Source: Nannocystales bacterium (GTDB lineage Bacteria > Myxococcota_A > Polyangia > Nannocystales > Nannocystaceae). From it: a stretch of DNA of 64,000 nt. The notes beneath the pieces were generated by a model. That model saw only the letters and a program-made list of their open reading frames with translations. It had not been told where the DNA came from and did not search any database. This document shows, piece by piece, positions 48,707-58,836 of the stretch. The stretch is taken from contig JBOEGF010000008.1 in NCBI GenBank assembly GCA_050633305.1, positions 488,249 through 552,248 on the forward strand. Reading direction: 5' to 3'. Made by a program: the position numbers and the translations under genes. Each line of letters starts with the position of its first letter. Within the stretch, counting starts at the first letter, position 1.

Positions 48707-51589
48707 CTATCGCTCGAGCGCCGCAAGCCAGCGGTCGACCTCGGCCGCAAGCGGAGCGTCTCGGGGATTCTGACGGAGCCGGGCCGAGAGCGCCTCGGCC
48801 TGAGCACGACCCGCGATGCGGTCACCGTGAGCATGTTCGAGCCTCGCCACGGAGAACATCGCTCCCGCGTAGCCGCGGTTGAACGCGCCCTGGCCCAGGA
48901 CGTCGAGCGCGGCACGGGCCCGTTCGAGGTCCTCCGGCGCGCCGTCGGCTTCGGGGAGCAGCGCCAACATGCGCAGCTGGAGGTCCGCCCACAGGGGGTG
49001 TGCGGTTCCGACGACATCCGTGGCCTCCGCTGCAGTTTTTACAAGCTGCGCCAGACCTGCCTCGGGTTCGCCATTGCGGGCGCGGAACTCCGCCAGCGAA
49101 GCCGACGTCCGAAGAACCATCCGCATGTCCGGCTCGGGACTCTCCCGCGAGAGCCGGGCAGCATCTTCGAACGCCACACGCGCTGCCTCCACATCGCCGA
49201 GCCCATCGAGGGCGGCACCGACGAGCTCACGAGCGCCTGCGGTGACCGGGTGCGCATCCCCCATCTTGGCTTGGGCATCTGCATGCACCGAGACCCCAAG
49301 CTCGAAGGCGTCTTCGTAGCGTTCTTGGTCCAGCAGCGAGGTCACCAGGCTGGTCCGACAATCCAGCACATAGGGATGAGACTCCCCGATCCCGCGAGCC
49401 AACATCGCAATCCCGCGTCGCATCTTCTCTTCGGCATCTTGCGACCGACCCATGGCAGCGAGAGCCTGGCCCCAGCGATACAACGCGTCTCCCAGGTCCG
49501 GGTGGTCGTCCCACAGGTCTCCATAGATTCGAGACGCGCGCTCGAACAGAGCGGCGGATTCTGTGGGGTCCGCGGTCGTGAGGCCGCGGTTGAACGCGAG
49601 CGCGGCGACGTTGTGCGCATGCGGGCCGTCCACGACCTCCGCGATCTCCATCGCGGTGGCAAAGGCCTGCCGGGCGTCCTCTCGCCGCTCGAGGTGCAAG
49701 TAGACCCCACCGAGTTTTCGCAGCGACGTGATGCGCTCGTGCGCGGAGGCTGTCGGATCGTCCTTCATCGCCTCCGCAGACTTCTCGAACAGTGCGGCTG
49801 CTTGTTCATGCTGCCCCGCGTTGAAGTACACGTTGGCCAGCGCAGCCCACAGGTGCGCTTGCGGCTCGGTGACGCCCAGGCGCTCCGCCGCTGCCTCGCT
49901 ATGCCGGGCCCACTCGAGCGCCTCCAGCGGGCGCGAGCTCTCGACGCCGATCAGTTCAGTGAGCCGGGCGGAGGCCGACATCGCGAGTTCATGGTCGGAC
50001 AGGCCCACCGCCAACTGATAGGCCGACACCAAGGCCTCCTCGGACGCCTTGGTGTTTCCTCGGACCAGCTCGATGTCGGCCCGAGCCGAGGCCACCCGAG
50101 CCTGGAGCGGCTCGTAGCGCAGCTCGAGCGCGGTGGTTGCCAGCCCATCGAGCAGCGCGGCGGCTTCGTCGTACTGATCCGCGGTGCGCAACACCGCCAC
50201 CGTGGCGAGCTGTGCGTCCGCCCGAGCAACCGCCGCCACGATCCGCGACGGCAGGACCGCCGCAGGACCCCCCCGTTGGCACGACCCCGTCGACGCTGCG
50301 TGGTGAACCGCGGCTTCGATCCGGCCGAGCTGGGTCTCGTCGGCTCCGGGTGCCGCCTCGACGAGACCCGCGAGCGCCAGGTAGCGACGACGTAGACACG
50401 CGAGTTCGGAGTCGAGTTCGACGTGGCCGTCGTCGACCTTCCGGCCTTCACATGCCTGCGTGTACGCATCGGTCAGCCCGTTCATCTGGGCGGTGACCGT
50501 CTCGTCGAACGCGGGCCACTGCTGCTCACGACCGTGTTCGTTGAAGGCGGACCGCGTGGCGAGTCGACGGGAGCTCGACCAGTCACCGTCGCGCCGGGAA
50601 CGCAACGCGTCGCACGGGTCCGAGTTGCCCAGCGTCGGGAACATCGCCACGAGAATCGCTCCAGCAGCGATCTTCCAGCCGATCCAACCCGTCGCAAACA
50701 CGACCGCACGCAACGGCCCCTTGGGCTTGACCGGAACGCGCAACTCGACGAGCAGTGTGGCCATCGAAGGCCAGCGATCCGCAGGCTTGGCCTCGAGGCC
50801 TCGGGCCAGCGCATCGACAATGCGCTTGGGGACCGATGTCTTTTCGGGCCGGACCAGGCGGCGGCCCTCCGTCGCACGCCGCATCCCGTGCGCCGTGTCG
50901 GCGGCGAACGGACGGCCACCGAACAACGCCTGCCACAGCGCCACGCAAAAGCTGAACTGATCGGACTGCGGCGTGGCGTTGCGGCCTCGCAGACACTCCG
51001 GGGCCATGTACGCCGGCGTCCCCGCGATCGAATCCGGAGGCAGATCGCCAGTGCCCGCTGTGCTCTCGGTCGCCAACCCGAAGTCCAAGACCCGCACCCG
51101 ACCATCCCCCGCCATCAAGGCGTTCGAGGGCTTGAAGTCGCGGTGCACGATGCCGGCTTCGTGGGCAGCCTGGAGCCCCTCACCCGCCTGCAGGTAGGCC
51201 CGCACAATCTCGGCCCACGGAGGCTTTTCGTCGGCGACCCAGTGCCCAAGCGTCGCCCCGTCGACCAGCTCCATCGCGATGAAGACCTGGTTTCCGTCGG
51301 TACCGACTTCGAAGACTTCGACGACGTTCGGATGCGACACGGACGCCAGCGCCCGCGCTTCCCGCAGAAGCGTGTCCGGGTCGAACGGGCCCGCGGCGCC
51401 AGCGCGTCCCCCCTGAAGCACCTTGATCGCGACCGGTCGCTTCAGGCTTGGGTCGTGTCCCCGGAAGACCTGCCCCATCCCGCCCGACCCGATCCGCCCG
51501 GCGATGCGGTAGCGCCCGATTTTCGAGGGGAAACCCGAAAACAGGCGCCTCGAGAGCGATGCTCCCACCCGCGCGAGGTCTCGGTCCAC
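48707..51589 (-). CDS. Ser/Thr protein kinase with TM segment and TPR repeats
   Basis: Motifs IGSGGMGQVF, VAIK, HRDFKPSN, DFGLA and GTPAYMAPE; TPR C-terminus. Confidence 0.95.
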   Translation of the reverse strand: MDRDLARVGASLSRRLFSGFPSKIGRYRIAGRIGSGGMGQVFRGHDPSLKRPVAIKVLQGGRAGAAGPFDPDTLLREARALASVSHPNVVEVFEVGTDGNQVFIAMELVDGATLGHWVADEKPPWAEIVRAYLQAGEGLQAAHEAGIVHRDFKPSNALMAGDGRVRVLDFGLATESTAGTGDLPPDSIAGTPAYMAPECLRGRNATPQSDQFSFCVALWQALFGGRPFAADTAHGMRRATEGRRLVRPEKTSVPKRIVDALARGLEAKPADRWPSMATLLVELRVPVKPKGPLRAVVFATGWIGWKIAAGAILVAMFPTLGNSDPCDALRSRRDGDWSSSRRLATRSAFNEHGREQQWPAFDETVTAQMNGLTDAYTQACEGRKVDDGHVELDSELACLRRRYLALAGLVEAAPGADETQLGRIEAAVHHAASTGSCQRGGPAAVLPSRIVAAVARADAQLATVAVLRTADQYDEAAALLDGLATTALELRYEPLQARVASARADIELVRGNTKASEEALVSAYQLAVGLSDHELAMSASARLTELIGVESSRPLEALEWARHSEAAAERLGVTEPQAHLWAALANVYFNAGQHEQAAALFEKSAEAMKDDPTASAHERITSLRKLGGVYLHLERREDARQAFATAMEIAEVVDGPHAHNVAALAFNRGLTTADPTESAALFERASRIYGDLWDDHPDLGDALYRWGQALAAMGRSQDAEEKMRRGIAMLARGIGESHPYVLDCRTSLVTSLLDQERYEDAFELGVSVHADAQAKMGDAHPVTAGARELVGAALDGLGDVEAARVAFEDAARLSRESPEPDMRMVLRTSASLAEFRARNGEPEAGLAQLVKTAAEATDVVGTAHPLWADLQLRMLALLPEADGAPEDLERARAALDVLGQGAFNRGYAGAMFSVARLEHAHGDRIAGRAQAEALSARLRQNPRDAPLAAEVDRWLAALER

Positions 51590-52229
51590 GGGCGGAGCGT
51601 AGCAGGCCACAAAAGGCCCGCGCACGCCCGACCCTCGTTCCGCCTCGAGCGCAGCTCATGCCCTCGACGCGATCACGCATGAAGGACTTGGGCCGCGGGC
51701 TAGAAGCGGAACCGGAACAGTCGCAGGGTGCTGCACGGTTCGCGGCGAAGCGTCGGGTTCGAAGACCAGCAAGGCGCCATGACGAGGTTTTGAGCCGTGC
51801 TCCAGCGCGCCGAACCCAAAACCGGCCTCGCGGAATAGAATCGAAGGACGACCCCTGTACACAGTGCTAGGACGTCTCGGAGGTCCCGCACGGCGCGCGT
51901 CTCTTCTTCGTGCGTAGGGCCTGGCCGCCCTCCTCTGCTCGGGGACCGCGCTCGCCGCGTGCGCGCCGTCTCACGAGGCCCGTTCGCATCCCGATGGTCG
52001 GCGACAAGGTCGAGCACCCGCGCGGCCTCAGCGACGCGCCCCCCACCCAACCCCTCGCTGGAGCACTCCGAGCGGGTGGCGTCGACGACACTGGAAGGGT
52101 TGGGTCCGGGTACCTGCTTTCCCGCGAGATCGCGCGAAGTGGGCCCCCCAAGCCTCGGTACGGACGGCGTCGGACGAGGTGGCCCGCCGCACTTTGCGGG
52201 GGAGGTACACGCGGGTAGGATGCGCCCCC

Positions 52230-52940
52230 GTGTTCGTCCGTCTCCTTCATGCTGCCGTCGCGATGAGCCTCGCCTCGGAGCCCGCCGCGGCTCCGGACAC
52301 CGCCGAAGCTCCCGCGACACCGGCGAGCCCAGCCGACGAACCCAGCACGCCTGAGTCAGATGCTCCTGCGGCCGACGCCGACACGGCCGCGGACGAGCCC
52401 GTTCCCGCCGACGCCAACGCACCGGATTCTCCGGCCGACGAGGCTGCCACGGAAGAGGCTCTCGCCGACGAGCCCCCCGCCGACGAACCCCCCTCCGACG
52501 AGACCTCTGAGGACGAGACCGAGACGTCCGCAGCCACCGACGTTGCGACACCGCCCCCGGCCGCAACCGAGGCACCCCGTCCTGTCCGGGGCCTCCCGTC
52601 CTCTGGCCGTGACAACGACATCGTTCGCAAGGCGCTCATCGGAGGCGGAGTTGCTTCGCTCACCCTCACCGCGGGCCTGATCGGGACCAGCGCATGGGCG
52701 TGGACCGAACACAACCGAGCGAAGCGGGCTGCTCCCAACCTCATGGATCAAGCCCGGCTCGACGCCGAGGATCGCCAAGACCAGATGCGGACCATCGGCG
52801 CCGTGACCACCGCAGCGGCGGTGTTGTACGGCACCACCGGCGTGGTCCTCCTGCTGCTCAACGCTCGCGATCGCAAGCAGACCCCCCGGACGGTCCTTGC
52901 ACCGAACCCGGGTGGGCTGAGCCTCGTCGGCCGGTTCTAG
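52230..52940 (+). CDS. Hypothetical envelope protein (acidic Pro/Ala linker, two hydrophobic helices, terminal GRF)
   Basis: Signal-like start, PAD/ADE low-complexity region and C-terminal GGLSLVGRF, a type of ending common in myxobacterial envelope proteins. Confidence 0.7.
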   Translation: MFVRLLHAAVAMSLASEPAAAPDTAEAPATPASPADEPSTPESDAPAADADTAADEPVPADANAPDSPADEAATEEALADEPPADEPPSDETSEDETETSAATDVATPPPAATEAPRPVRGLPSSGRDNDIVRKALIGGGVASLTLTAGLIGTSAWAWTEHNRAKRAAPNLMDQARLDAEDRQDQMRTIGAVTTAAAVLYGTTGVVLLLLNARDRKQTPRTVLAPNPGGLSLVGRF

Positions 52941-52998
52941 AAGACATCTCGTCGCCACCCGGTTTCGTCTCGCCGCGTCGCGACGACGAGGTGTGCGC

Positions 52999-53715
52999 TC
53001 AGTCGTCTTCGCCGTCGTCGTCGTCGCCGATATCCTCGACAACTACGAACGTTGTCGAAAGGCGATTTGAGCGCGTGCCACCAGTACGCTCCGCCTCAAC
53101 CTCCACGGTCCATTCGCCGACCTCCGTGAGCTCGACGCCGAAGTCCACCGACAGCGTGCCTCGCTCGACCCCATGGAGCACCTCGGAAACGGACTCGCCG
53201 GAGGTGTCGCGCGGCGAAGAGAGGAAACAAGTCGCGGCGGCCGTCATCGTCCCTCCCCCTTCGAACTCGCACGTGAACCCAGGTCGCATCGTCGCCGTGT
53301 CCCCAGGCTCAGGCTCAGGCTCAGGGTTCCCCTCGGTATCCGATTCGCCGTCAGTATCCGGTTCGCCGTCTGCATCTGCTTCGCCGTTTGCGCCCCCAGC
53401 TGCATCGCCGTCCGCATCCGTCGAGACCATGTCCTCCTCGTCGACCAACTCCTCGACGACTCTGCCGCTCGGCGTCGTCACAAAGACACGGATTTCCCTC
53501 AGCGCGCCCAGGCTATCCTCGAACGCGAAACGGGACGAGAGCGACGCCACGCCGCCCAGCGGGAACCTCGACTCCTCCAGGACGAACACCTCGCAGGCGG
53601 GGCAGTTCTCTGTCCCTACGCCGTGCAAGCGAGGCGGAAACTCGTAGGTCTCGCAGCTACTGAGCCCGAGAGCGGCGGCGCCCACCAGTGAAACAAGAAG
53701 CAAACCGCGTCGCAT
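52999..53715 (-). CDS. Hypothetical lipoprotein
   Basis: Lipobox GLSSC; CPAC motif; acidic linker with EP repeats. Abuts the cytochrome c stop. Confidence 0.7.
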   Translation of the reverse strand: MRRGLLLVSLVGAAALGLSSCETYEFPPRLHGVGTENCPACEVFVLEESRFPLGGVASLSSRFAFEDSLGALREIRVFVTTPSGRVVEELVDEEDMVSTDADGDAAGGANGEADADGEPDTDGESDTEGNPEPEPEPGDTATMRPGFTCEFEGGGTMTAAATCFLSSPRDTSGESVSEVLHGVERGTLSVDFGVELTEVGEWTVEVEAERTGGTRSNRLSTTFVVVEDIGDDDDGEDD

Positions 53716-54393
53716 CTACTTGCCCAGACCGCGCGAGTAGGTGGAAACCGCATCGATTTCTTCGGGTGTCAGCTTGCCCTTGAAGGCCTTCATCTTGGTG
53801 CCTGACTTGCCGTTGCTGACGATGTCCTTGATCTTGGACATCGACCACTTTCCCTTCCACCCGGACTCCTTCCACGACGGGATGTCGTGCTTCGTCGCCA
53901 GCTTGGTGTCAGCGGCTCCGGTGGTGCCATGGCAGTTCTTGCACTTCTTCAAGTACAAGGCTTTGCCGTCAACGCCGCTGGGCGCAGGCTCGGCCTTCGG
54001 CTTGTCCGCCTTCGGCTTCGGCTCTGCCTTCGGCTTGTCGCCCTTGGGCTTGGCGTCCGCTTTTGCGACCTCTTCGGGCTCGGCCGTTTCGTCTGCGGAG
54101 CCCTCGGGCTTCGCCTCCGCGGCATCCGCGGGCTTCGCTTCCACGGCGTCGGCTGGCTTCGCTTCTGCGGCGTCGGCTGGCTTCGCTTCCACGGCGCCAG
54201 CGGGCTTCGCTTCCGCGGCGTCGGCCAGCTTCACTTCCGGCTTGGGCTCTGCGTTCGCGTCGGCCTTGTCGGCCTTCGTTTCTTTGGCTGCCTTCTTGTC
54301 GGCGGGCTTCGAGTCACCATCACAAGCCGTCGCCAGAAGGCCCAGGGTCAAGGAGAGCGGGAGAAGTCGAGAGAAGGTGGTGCGTGTGTTCAC
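53716..54393 (-). CDS. Lipoprotein monoheme c-type cytochrome with repeat tether
   Basis: Lipobox LATAC; five 8-aa A(D/G)A(A/V)EAKP repeats; GKALYLKKCKNCHG; candidate axial Met in TKMKAF. Confidence 0.88.
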   Translation of the reverse strand: MNTRTTFSRLLPLSLTLGLLATACDGDSKPADKKAAKETKADKADANAEPKPEVKLADAAEAKPAGAVEAKPADAAEAKPADAVEAKPADAAEAKPEGSADETAEPEEVAKADAKPKGDKPKAEPKPKADKPKAEPAPSGVDGKALYLKKCKNCHGTTGAADTKLATKHDIPSWKESGWKGKWSMSKIKDIVSNGKSGTKMKAFKGKLTPEEIDAVSTYSRGLGK

Positions 54394-54603
54394 GAGCGGT
54401 ACGAACTCCTGCGAGCGTTTCTTACCAGAACCCGAACGTCCCACACCGCTGGCGGTTGCATTTGGTGCGAGGCCCGCGTCGCAACTGCGCGAAGTTCGGC
54501 GGGTTTTCGGCGGCCATTTTTGCGCAGTCCGCGGTTTGGCGCCCCCCCGACCACCTGCTAGTTTGCGCGCCAAGTCGGACCCGCAAGCCCGCTGGCCCCT
54601 CCC

Positions 54604-55776
54604 ATGACCCCGCAAAGCCCCGCCATGGACTCCCCCGCCGCAACCGCTGATGACGTCGCCCCCACGACGACTGCGCTCGCCCGGGCCCCCAAGGAGCTGG
54701 AGCTGCGTCCCGTCGAGGGCATGGCGCGGTGGCTCGGCCGAATCCTCCATCCAATCGCGTTCCGCATGGTCAGCATGGTGGAGCAGCCGCTGGAGAACAT
54801 GTCGGGACCGCTGAGCCCGGTGAAGGGCTACTTCCGCCGGGATCGGCACCGACACCCGCAAGTCGATGCGCAGACCTACCGGCTCCGGGTCAGCGGTGTG
54901 GCCAATCCCAGGGAGTTCACGCTGAACGACCTCGAAGCACTCCCGTGGGAGAACCGGGTCCTGGTGATGGAATGCGCGGGCAACGGCAACCACATGATGG
55001 GCTCCGCCGGCCTCGTGGGTCAGGCCAAATGGTCGGGTCCTTCACTACAGACCATCCTCGACGCGTGCGGTGGACCCGGAGACGCCACCCACTTCGCGTG
55101 CCATGGCCTCGACCCCATTCCCCTGATTCGCCGTGGCTACCACTACGGGCTCTCGCTCGACGAGTACACCCGCTCGCGGGCTCTGCTGGCCTTGCGCATG
55201 AATGGAGAGCCGCTCCCGCGGCCTCGCGGGTTCCCTGTGCGCCTGGTCGTCCCCGGCGTTTACTCGATGTCCCATGTCAAATGGCTGGGCCACATCGAAG
55301 GCAAAACCAAGCCGCACAACGGCATCCACAACCGCTTCGTCTTCGTGAACAAGCGGAAGAACGCCGAGGGCAAGTGGGTCAAGGAGCAAGCGCGGTGGAT
55401 CGGGCTGAAGTCCATGGTCACGCGCTGTCTGCCCGATGGCGATGACTGGACACTCACCGGGTGGGCCTGGGGAGCGGGCAAGCCGATCTCGTCGATCAAG
55501 GTCAGCGTCGACGGCGGAAAGACCTGGCAGGAGGCCGAGCTCCAGCCGCCCTCCGAACACTTTGGCGAGCCCGACGGACTTGGGGAAAGCGACCTCGAGC
55601 ACGCGTGGTCGGTCTGGACGTACCGATGGCGCGCACCCAAACCCGGCCAATATGTGATCGCCTCCCGCGCGTTCGCAGAGGACGGGGAAGCGCAGCGGCT
55701 CGAAGAGGATCCCGCCGTCAAAGGGCACTTCAACCAGACGCGCGTCAAGTGGCGTCAGGTCGACGTCCCCCGCTGA
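54604..55776 (+). CDS. Sulfite oxidase-family molybdopterin oxidoreductase
   Basis: MECAGNG (Mo-ligating Cys), MNGEPLPRPRGFPVRLVVPG and VKWL. Dimerisation domain GWAW...VSVDGGKTW...SRA. Confidence 0.9.
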   Translation: MTPQSPAMDSPAATADDVAPTTTALARAPKELELRPVEGMARWLGRILHPIAFRMVSMVEQPLENMSGPLSPVKGYFRRDRHRHPQVDAQTYRLRVSGVANPREFTLNDLEALPWENRVLVMECAGNGNHMMGSAGLVGQAKWSGPSLQTILDACGGPGDATHFACHGLDPIPLIRRGYHYGLSLDEYTRSRALLALRMNGEPLPRPRGFPVRLVVPGVYSMSHVKWLGHIEGKTKPHNGIHNRFVFVNKRKNAEGKWVKEQARWIGLKSMVTRCLPDGDDWTLTGWAWGAGKPISSIKVSVDGGKTWQEAELQPPSEHFGEPDGLGESDLEHAWSVWTYRWRAPKPGQYVIASRAFAEDGEAQRLEEDPAVKGHFNQTRVKWRQVDVPR

Positions 55777-56015
55777 GCGCGAGACGGACGCCGATCGTGC
55801 AGGGGCGTGGGGCGAAGACCAGTCGACCGGCGGAAATGGGGGCGTCGTCCTGGGTCCAGCGCGCGTTTCCGCGGTTGATCCGACGCACCAACTCGGCGCG
55901 GCGAAGATAATCCGTAGAAAATCGCTCTGCGATGCAAACTTCCGGGTTCTGGATCGTCGTTGACAACGGCGAGCGGCGAGCCCTAGCGTCGTCGCGCACC
56001 CGGAGCGCTCCTCAG

Positions 56016-56783
56016 ATGTGGGAAATTCTCGTAATTCTTCTAAATGACGGCCTCGATCCCGGACTCATCGTTGCGATGACCGGTGTTCTGGTCGCTGGTC
56101 TCGCAGCGGTTCTCGGCATCTGGATGGAGCGTGACCAGTCGAAGCCTCCGCGTTACGCGTACGCCCTTTCGGCGCTCATCCTCCTCGCGACGGTCGTCAG
56201 CGTCATGCAGTCCTACCTGGACGCCAAGGCCGGCGAGAAAATGGAGGAGGACATGGCCCGCATGCTTCTGCGCATGGACACGATCGCCGCCAACTCCGAT
56301 GACCCTGCCCTGCAGGAGCTGATCGGCGCAGAACTCGCGGCTCAGAGCCGCTCCAACCCCGACGTCGTCAAGAAGCTCGCCCAGCGCGTGTCCGACGAAG
56401 GTGGCGACCCCACCGAGATGCTCGGCCGCCACATGGATGCCTCCGAGGTCGAGAGCGTCAGCCGAAAGGGCCTGATGAAGGTCAAGAAGCCCAAGAAGAA
56501 CGCCGGCAAGAAGAAGAAGAAGAAAGGCAAAAAGAAGAAGGGCAAGAAGGGCAAGAAGCTCGGACCCGACGGCCAGCCGCTCGAGCCCGGTGCTGATGGA
56601 CCCGGAAAAGGCAAGAAGGGCAAAGGCAAGAAGGGCAAAGGTAAGGGCGGCGGCAAGGGCAAGGGCGGCGGCAAAGGCAAGGGCGGCGGCAAGGGCAAGG
56701 GCGGCGGCAAAGGTAAAGGCAAAGGCAAAGGCAAAGGCAAAGGCAAAGGCAAGGGCAAGGGCAAGCCTGCCGGCGGAGCCTGA
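56016..56783 (+). CDS. Membrane protein with long Lys/Gly polycationic tail
   Basis: Two TM segments, a helical middle region, then ~100 aa dominated by K and G. Confidence 0.8.
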   Translation: MWEILVILLNDGLDPGLIVAMTGVLVAGLAAVLGIWMERDQSKPPRYAYALSALILLATVVSVMQSYLDAKAGEKMEEDMARMLLRMDTIAANSDDPALQELIGAELAAQSRSNPDVVKKLAQRVSDEGGDPTEMLGRHMDASEVESVSRKGLMKVKKPKKNAGKKKKKKGKKKKGKKGKKLGPDGQPLEPGADGPGKGKKGKGKKGKGKGGGKGKGGGKGKGGGKGKGGGKGKGKGKGKGKGKGKGKGKPAGGA

Positions 56784-56803
56784 GTTCCAAGAGACCACCG
56801 CCC

Positions 56804-56840
56804 AAGAGGGACCCCGGCCATGGCCGCGGGTCCCTCTTTT
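56804..56840 (+). terminator. Rho-independent terminator (possibly bidirectional)
   Basis: aagagggacccCGGCCATGGCCGcgggtccctctttt, between convergent genes. Confidence 0.75.
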
Positions 56841-56913
56841 CATGGTCGCTCGTGATGAGCGGACCCTCCGACGAAGTTCCGGCCCGCGACGCTAGAGCAC
56901 ATCTTCATGTGCT

Positions 56914-58053
56914 CTAGAAGAAGACGCGACCGACCAAGGGCAGCACGCCGCGGACCCGGGCACGAACCTCGGGCTCAGGGACGCTCTCGCCGGACGCGAG
57001 CGACCAGCGGAGTTGGACCTTGGGCTCCGGAACGCACCGAACCAGCCCAAAGGTATCGAGCGAACGCACCCGGGCGGCCGTGGCCGTTGCGGCGGCCTCC
57101 TCGGGATCGTAGTGGAGCACCAGCCGCTGCGCCCATCGCTTGTCCCGCGTCTCCCGAATATGCCGAATCCAGAACCGCTGAACGGCGCGCCCGGACACGA
57201 AGCTGAGGTAGCTGAGCAACATCAGCGGTCCCCAGAACTGGATCTGCATCGCAACGAAGATGCCGCCGTGCACGAACACTCCAATGCTCAGCGCGACGCG
57301 GCGAGTGAGGCGGTGCGGCATCATGAACGCAAACGCCAGCTCCCACCACAGCGTGACCAGGGTGAGCACCGCCAGCACAGGCGCCGCGCTCGAGAGCACC
57401 GGCTCCGCCAGCGGATAGAAGCGCGAGTACGTGGGGTTTGCGAGCGCAAACCACAACGCAGTGCCCTCGTGGTAATCGCTGCCGTACGCCTTCGAGACCC
57501 CCGTTGCCAGGTAGACAAGCGCAACCTGGAACTGCAGCAGTCGAACCGGCCATGACTCCATCGTCGCGGCCCGCTCCCGAAACGCACGCCCTTTCGTCCG
57601 GATGCGGGCTCGGATTGCATCGATGGACCAGGCACGGCCGCAGGGCATGAGCAGCAGGTAGAAGAGCCAGATCCGGGCCACCGAATCCGCGCCGTAGAGC
57701 ACGGCCGGGTTTCGCACGTGTGTGGACGCGAGGATGACGAACGCGACGACCCCCGCATACCGGGTGAACAAGCCGACCGTAAACAGCAGCGCACAACCGC
57801 CTCCAACGAACAGCAGCGCTGCGATCGCCCACGGCTGATCCACGGTGTGAAAGATGGACCAGTGCCAGGGGTCCATGAGGGCCTCAGCGGCATCGGAGCG
57901 CAGCCACCCCTGGTCGCTGAGCGCCGCCTCGGCCACCGCGACGCGCTCCAGCAGCATCCACATCACGATGATGCCCACACCGATTCGCATCAGGGCGAGG
58001 GGTCGAACGTCCCGCTCCCCGAAGAAGAACCGCCTCCACCACGCGGTGATCAT
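56914..58053 (-). CDS. HTTM-domain membrane protein (SdpB / vitamin K-dependent carboxylase-like)
   Basis: Motifs LALMRIGVG, VGLFTR, RNPAVLYGAD, WSID, WPVRLLQFQVALVY...K, TLWWE and FVHGGI. Confidence 0.85.
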   Translation of the reverse strand: MITAWWRRFFFGERDVRPLALMRIGVGIIVMWMLLERVAVAEAALSDQGWLRSDAAEALMDPWHWSIFHTVDQPWAIAALLFVGGGCALLFTVGLFTRYAGVVAFVILASTHVRNPAVLYGADSVARIWLFYLLLMPCGRAWSIDAIRARIRTKGRAFRERAATMESWPVRLLQFQVALVYLATGVSKAYGSDYHEGTALWFALANPTYSRFYPLAEPVLSSAAPVLAVLTLVTLWWELAFAFMMPHRLTRRVALSIGVFVHGGIFVAMQIQFWGPLMLLSYLSFVSGRAVQRFWIRHIRETRDKRWAQRLVLHYDPEEAAATATAARVRSLDTFGLVRCVPEPKVQLRWSLASGESVPEPEVRARVRGVLPLVGRVFF

Positions 58054-58700
58054 CGAGCCCCCGAGGCAGGAACGTTCGAGGCGACCGGGCCTGCCCACAA
58101 CACCTCGGTCCGCCACGGAACGGACTCGGGGTCCTCATCGGGTTGATGGATCGGTCGGACCATGCACAGGAACTGGACGCCAACGTAGGCGATGCCTCGG
58201 TCCTGCGCCGCGACCGAGGCATGGAACTTGGCGTACGACGCCCTCAGGAATACGGCGCGAGACGAGTCCGACCGCGACCAACCGCACGGTGGGTTCCCGA
58301 TCATCTGCGTCTGGTCGGTGAGCGTCCCATCCTCGGTTGCGTGGAGCGGATTCGGATCAACGATCGGCTGGCCGGCGATGTCGAAGCCGGTAATGCCCCG
58401 CACCTCGATGCGGCCTGTCTCGTGTGGCGCATCCGGGCCGAACAGCACCCACTGTTGAAACAACGCCGCAACTCGGACGTATCCCGCGAAGAACGCTCGG
58501 ACGTTTCCCGAGCTGTCCACGACGTCGGCGGCCTCGTGCATTCGAGTCCAGCCATCGCCACCAGGCGGTTCGTGCTCTCGCGGGCGGAGCTGCACCATCC
58601 CAAAGTTCCACCACAGTAGAGCACTGACATGGACGGCAGCAAACGCCGTAATGGCGAACCGCCGCGCGCGGCCAGGGATGGGCACCACCAAAACATACAC
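58050..58700 (-). CDS. Hypothetical membrane-anchored protein, probable HTTM partner (DUF5819/SdpA-like)
   Basis: N-terminal hydrophobic helix and YV...LFQQWVLFGPD motif. Its stop overlaps the HTTM start. Start uncertain. Confidence 0.65.
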   Translation of the reverse strand: MYVLVVPIPGRARRFAITAFAAVHVSALLWWNFGMVQLRPREHEPPGGDGWTRMHEAADVVDSSGNVRAFFAGYVRVAALFQQWVLFGPDAPHETGRIEVRGITGFDIAGQPIVDPNPLHATEDGTLTDQTQMIGNPPCGWSRSDSSRAVFLRASYAKFHASVAAQDRGIAYVGVQFLCMVRPIHQPDEDPESVPWRTEVLWAGPVASNVPASGAR

Positions 58701-58836
58701 GCCGCCCCGGCCGGCGAAAAGCGGGTCCTGTGGGCCGAGCGGGCGCAAGACACTCGCACAGCGCTCCGAAACCCGGACGCGGCGAGCGAAGCGAGTTGGA
58801 GCCCGACAGGGCGGCCGTTTGCGCTGGGGTGAAGGA

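Noticed and set aside
58703..58832. Loose inverted repeat containing gcgagcgaagcgag between the unknown gene and the HTTM partner
   Set aside because: Pairing is weak and there is one copy in the window. It could be REP-like, but I cannot support that without a genome-wide search.
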